A DNA stretch of 64,000 bases from Eledone cirrhosa (taxonomy: Eukaryota): the NCBI GenBank assembly GCA_964016885.1, contig OZ024748.1, forward strand, positions 40,424,001 through 40,488,000. The letters run 5' to 3'. Below are positions 63,881 through 64,000 of this stretch, one piece after another. The notes under the pieces were generated by a model that had not been told where the DNA came from, ran no database searches, and worked only from the letters and a program-made list of their open reading frames with translations. Both the position numbers and the translations under genes were made by a program. The first letter of the stretch is position 1. Each line of letters starts with the position of its first letter.

Positions 63881-64000
63881 ATAGACGATACATATAGATC
63901 TTGTATAGACCACACATATAGATATTGTATAGATCATACATATAGATATTGTATATAGACCATACATATAGATCTTGTATAGACCATAGATATAGATCTT

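Larger units (their letters stand above)
1..64000. repeat. Satellite DNA tandem array of 24/26-bp monomers, consensus AGACCATACATATAGATCTTGTAT; extends beyond both window ends
   Basis: Every line consists of head-to-tail copies of the monomer (clean 24-bp copy at 141-164). Common variants are CATAC/CACAC, GATCTT/GATATT, GTAT/GTGT and a +2 bp AT or GT insertion. No non-repeat sequence and no reverse-orientation copy (TGGTCT) was seen on the + strand. Confidence 0.99.
40900..64000. repeat. Array layer C: mosaic of 1.4-4.4 kb duplicated blocks with distinct marker variants
   Basis: Markers include CACGTATA (~41641, 44923, 46387, 46735, 49539, 49836, 52775, 56862, 57161, 59845, 61981), GACCTCAC (~47706, 50810, 53748, 55152, 58134), GAGGATAC (~47980, 51084, 54022, 55426, 58408) and GATCATGT (~41298, 44333, 46319, 49471, 51859, 56795, 59777, 61913). 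Confidence 0.75.

Noticed and set aside
94-63967. Well over 100 long minus-strand ORFs (up to 2208 aa) as protein-coding genes
   Set aside because: They overlap in all three frames, consist only of translated monomer, switch motif at every 26-bp unit, and have no unique domain or codon-position bias. They follow trivially from a stop-free monomer.
1-64000. CRISPR array (24-26 bp partly palindromic repeat)
   Set aside because: The repeats abut directly with no unique spacers, and there is no leader or cas gene.
1-64000. Telomerase-synthesised long telomeric repeat of the budding-yeast type with stuttering
   Set aside because: There is no G-rich strand, the array is far longer than such telomeres, and variants are inherited in multi-kb blocks, which indicates recombinational amplification rather than templated addition. 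A subtelomeric satellite location is not excluded.
1-64000. Sequencing or amplification artefact (concatemer, low-complexity polymerase product)
   Set aside because: Rare variants recur in conserved order across distant blocks with copy-specific differences, which is not expected from random error. Individual duplicate blocks could still be misassembled.
1-64000. TATA boxes, GATA-like sites or Dam-methylation/origin GATC clusters as regulatory elements
   Set aside because: The motifs are simply parts of the monomer. There is no adjacent gene, DnaA box or other evidence of a prokaryotic or promoter context.
1-64000. Monomer length matching 24-nt siRNA or ~26-nt piRNA sizes, or six monomers matching a nucleosome core
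   Set aside because: These are numerical coincidences that nothing in the sequence supports. Small-RNA size is set by processing enzymes, not by repeat period.

Overview
The whole 64 kb window is one uninterrupted, single-orientation tandem array (satellite DNA) of about 2,600 copies of a short AT-rich monomer. The consensus is AGACCATACATATAGATCTTGTAT (24 bp, 7/24 GC, one BglII site AGATCT per unit), interleaved with 26-bp variants carrying one extra AT or GT (...CTTGTATAT / ...CTTGTGTAT). I found no unique sequence, gene, RNA gene, transposon, CRISPR spacer or inversion. The long minus-strand ORFs are artefacts, because the reverse-complement monomer has no stop codon in any frame. The real information is in the order of monomer variants. 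Rare marker variants reveal nested multi-kb higher-order duplications (offsets include 7354, 2069, 1810, 3807, 5285/5261, 2654, 3152, 2938, 1404, 7324, 7852 and 2136 bp). They also reveal a three-layer A-B-C architecture in which the outer layers (about 1-14 kb and 41-64 kb) share variants absent from the central, more regular layer (about 16.4-40.9 kb). This resembles layered expansion of eukaryotic (peri)centromeric or subtelomeric satellites. The organism and chromosomal role cannot be determined from the sequence alone. All internal boundaries are approximate and were read by eye, aided by offsets between near-identical ORFs in the supplied track.
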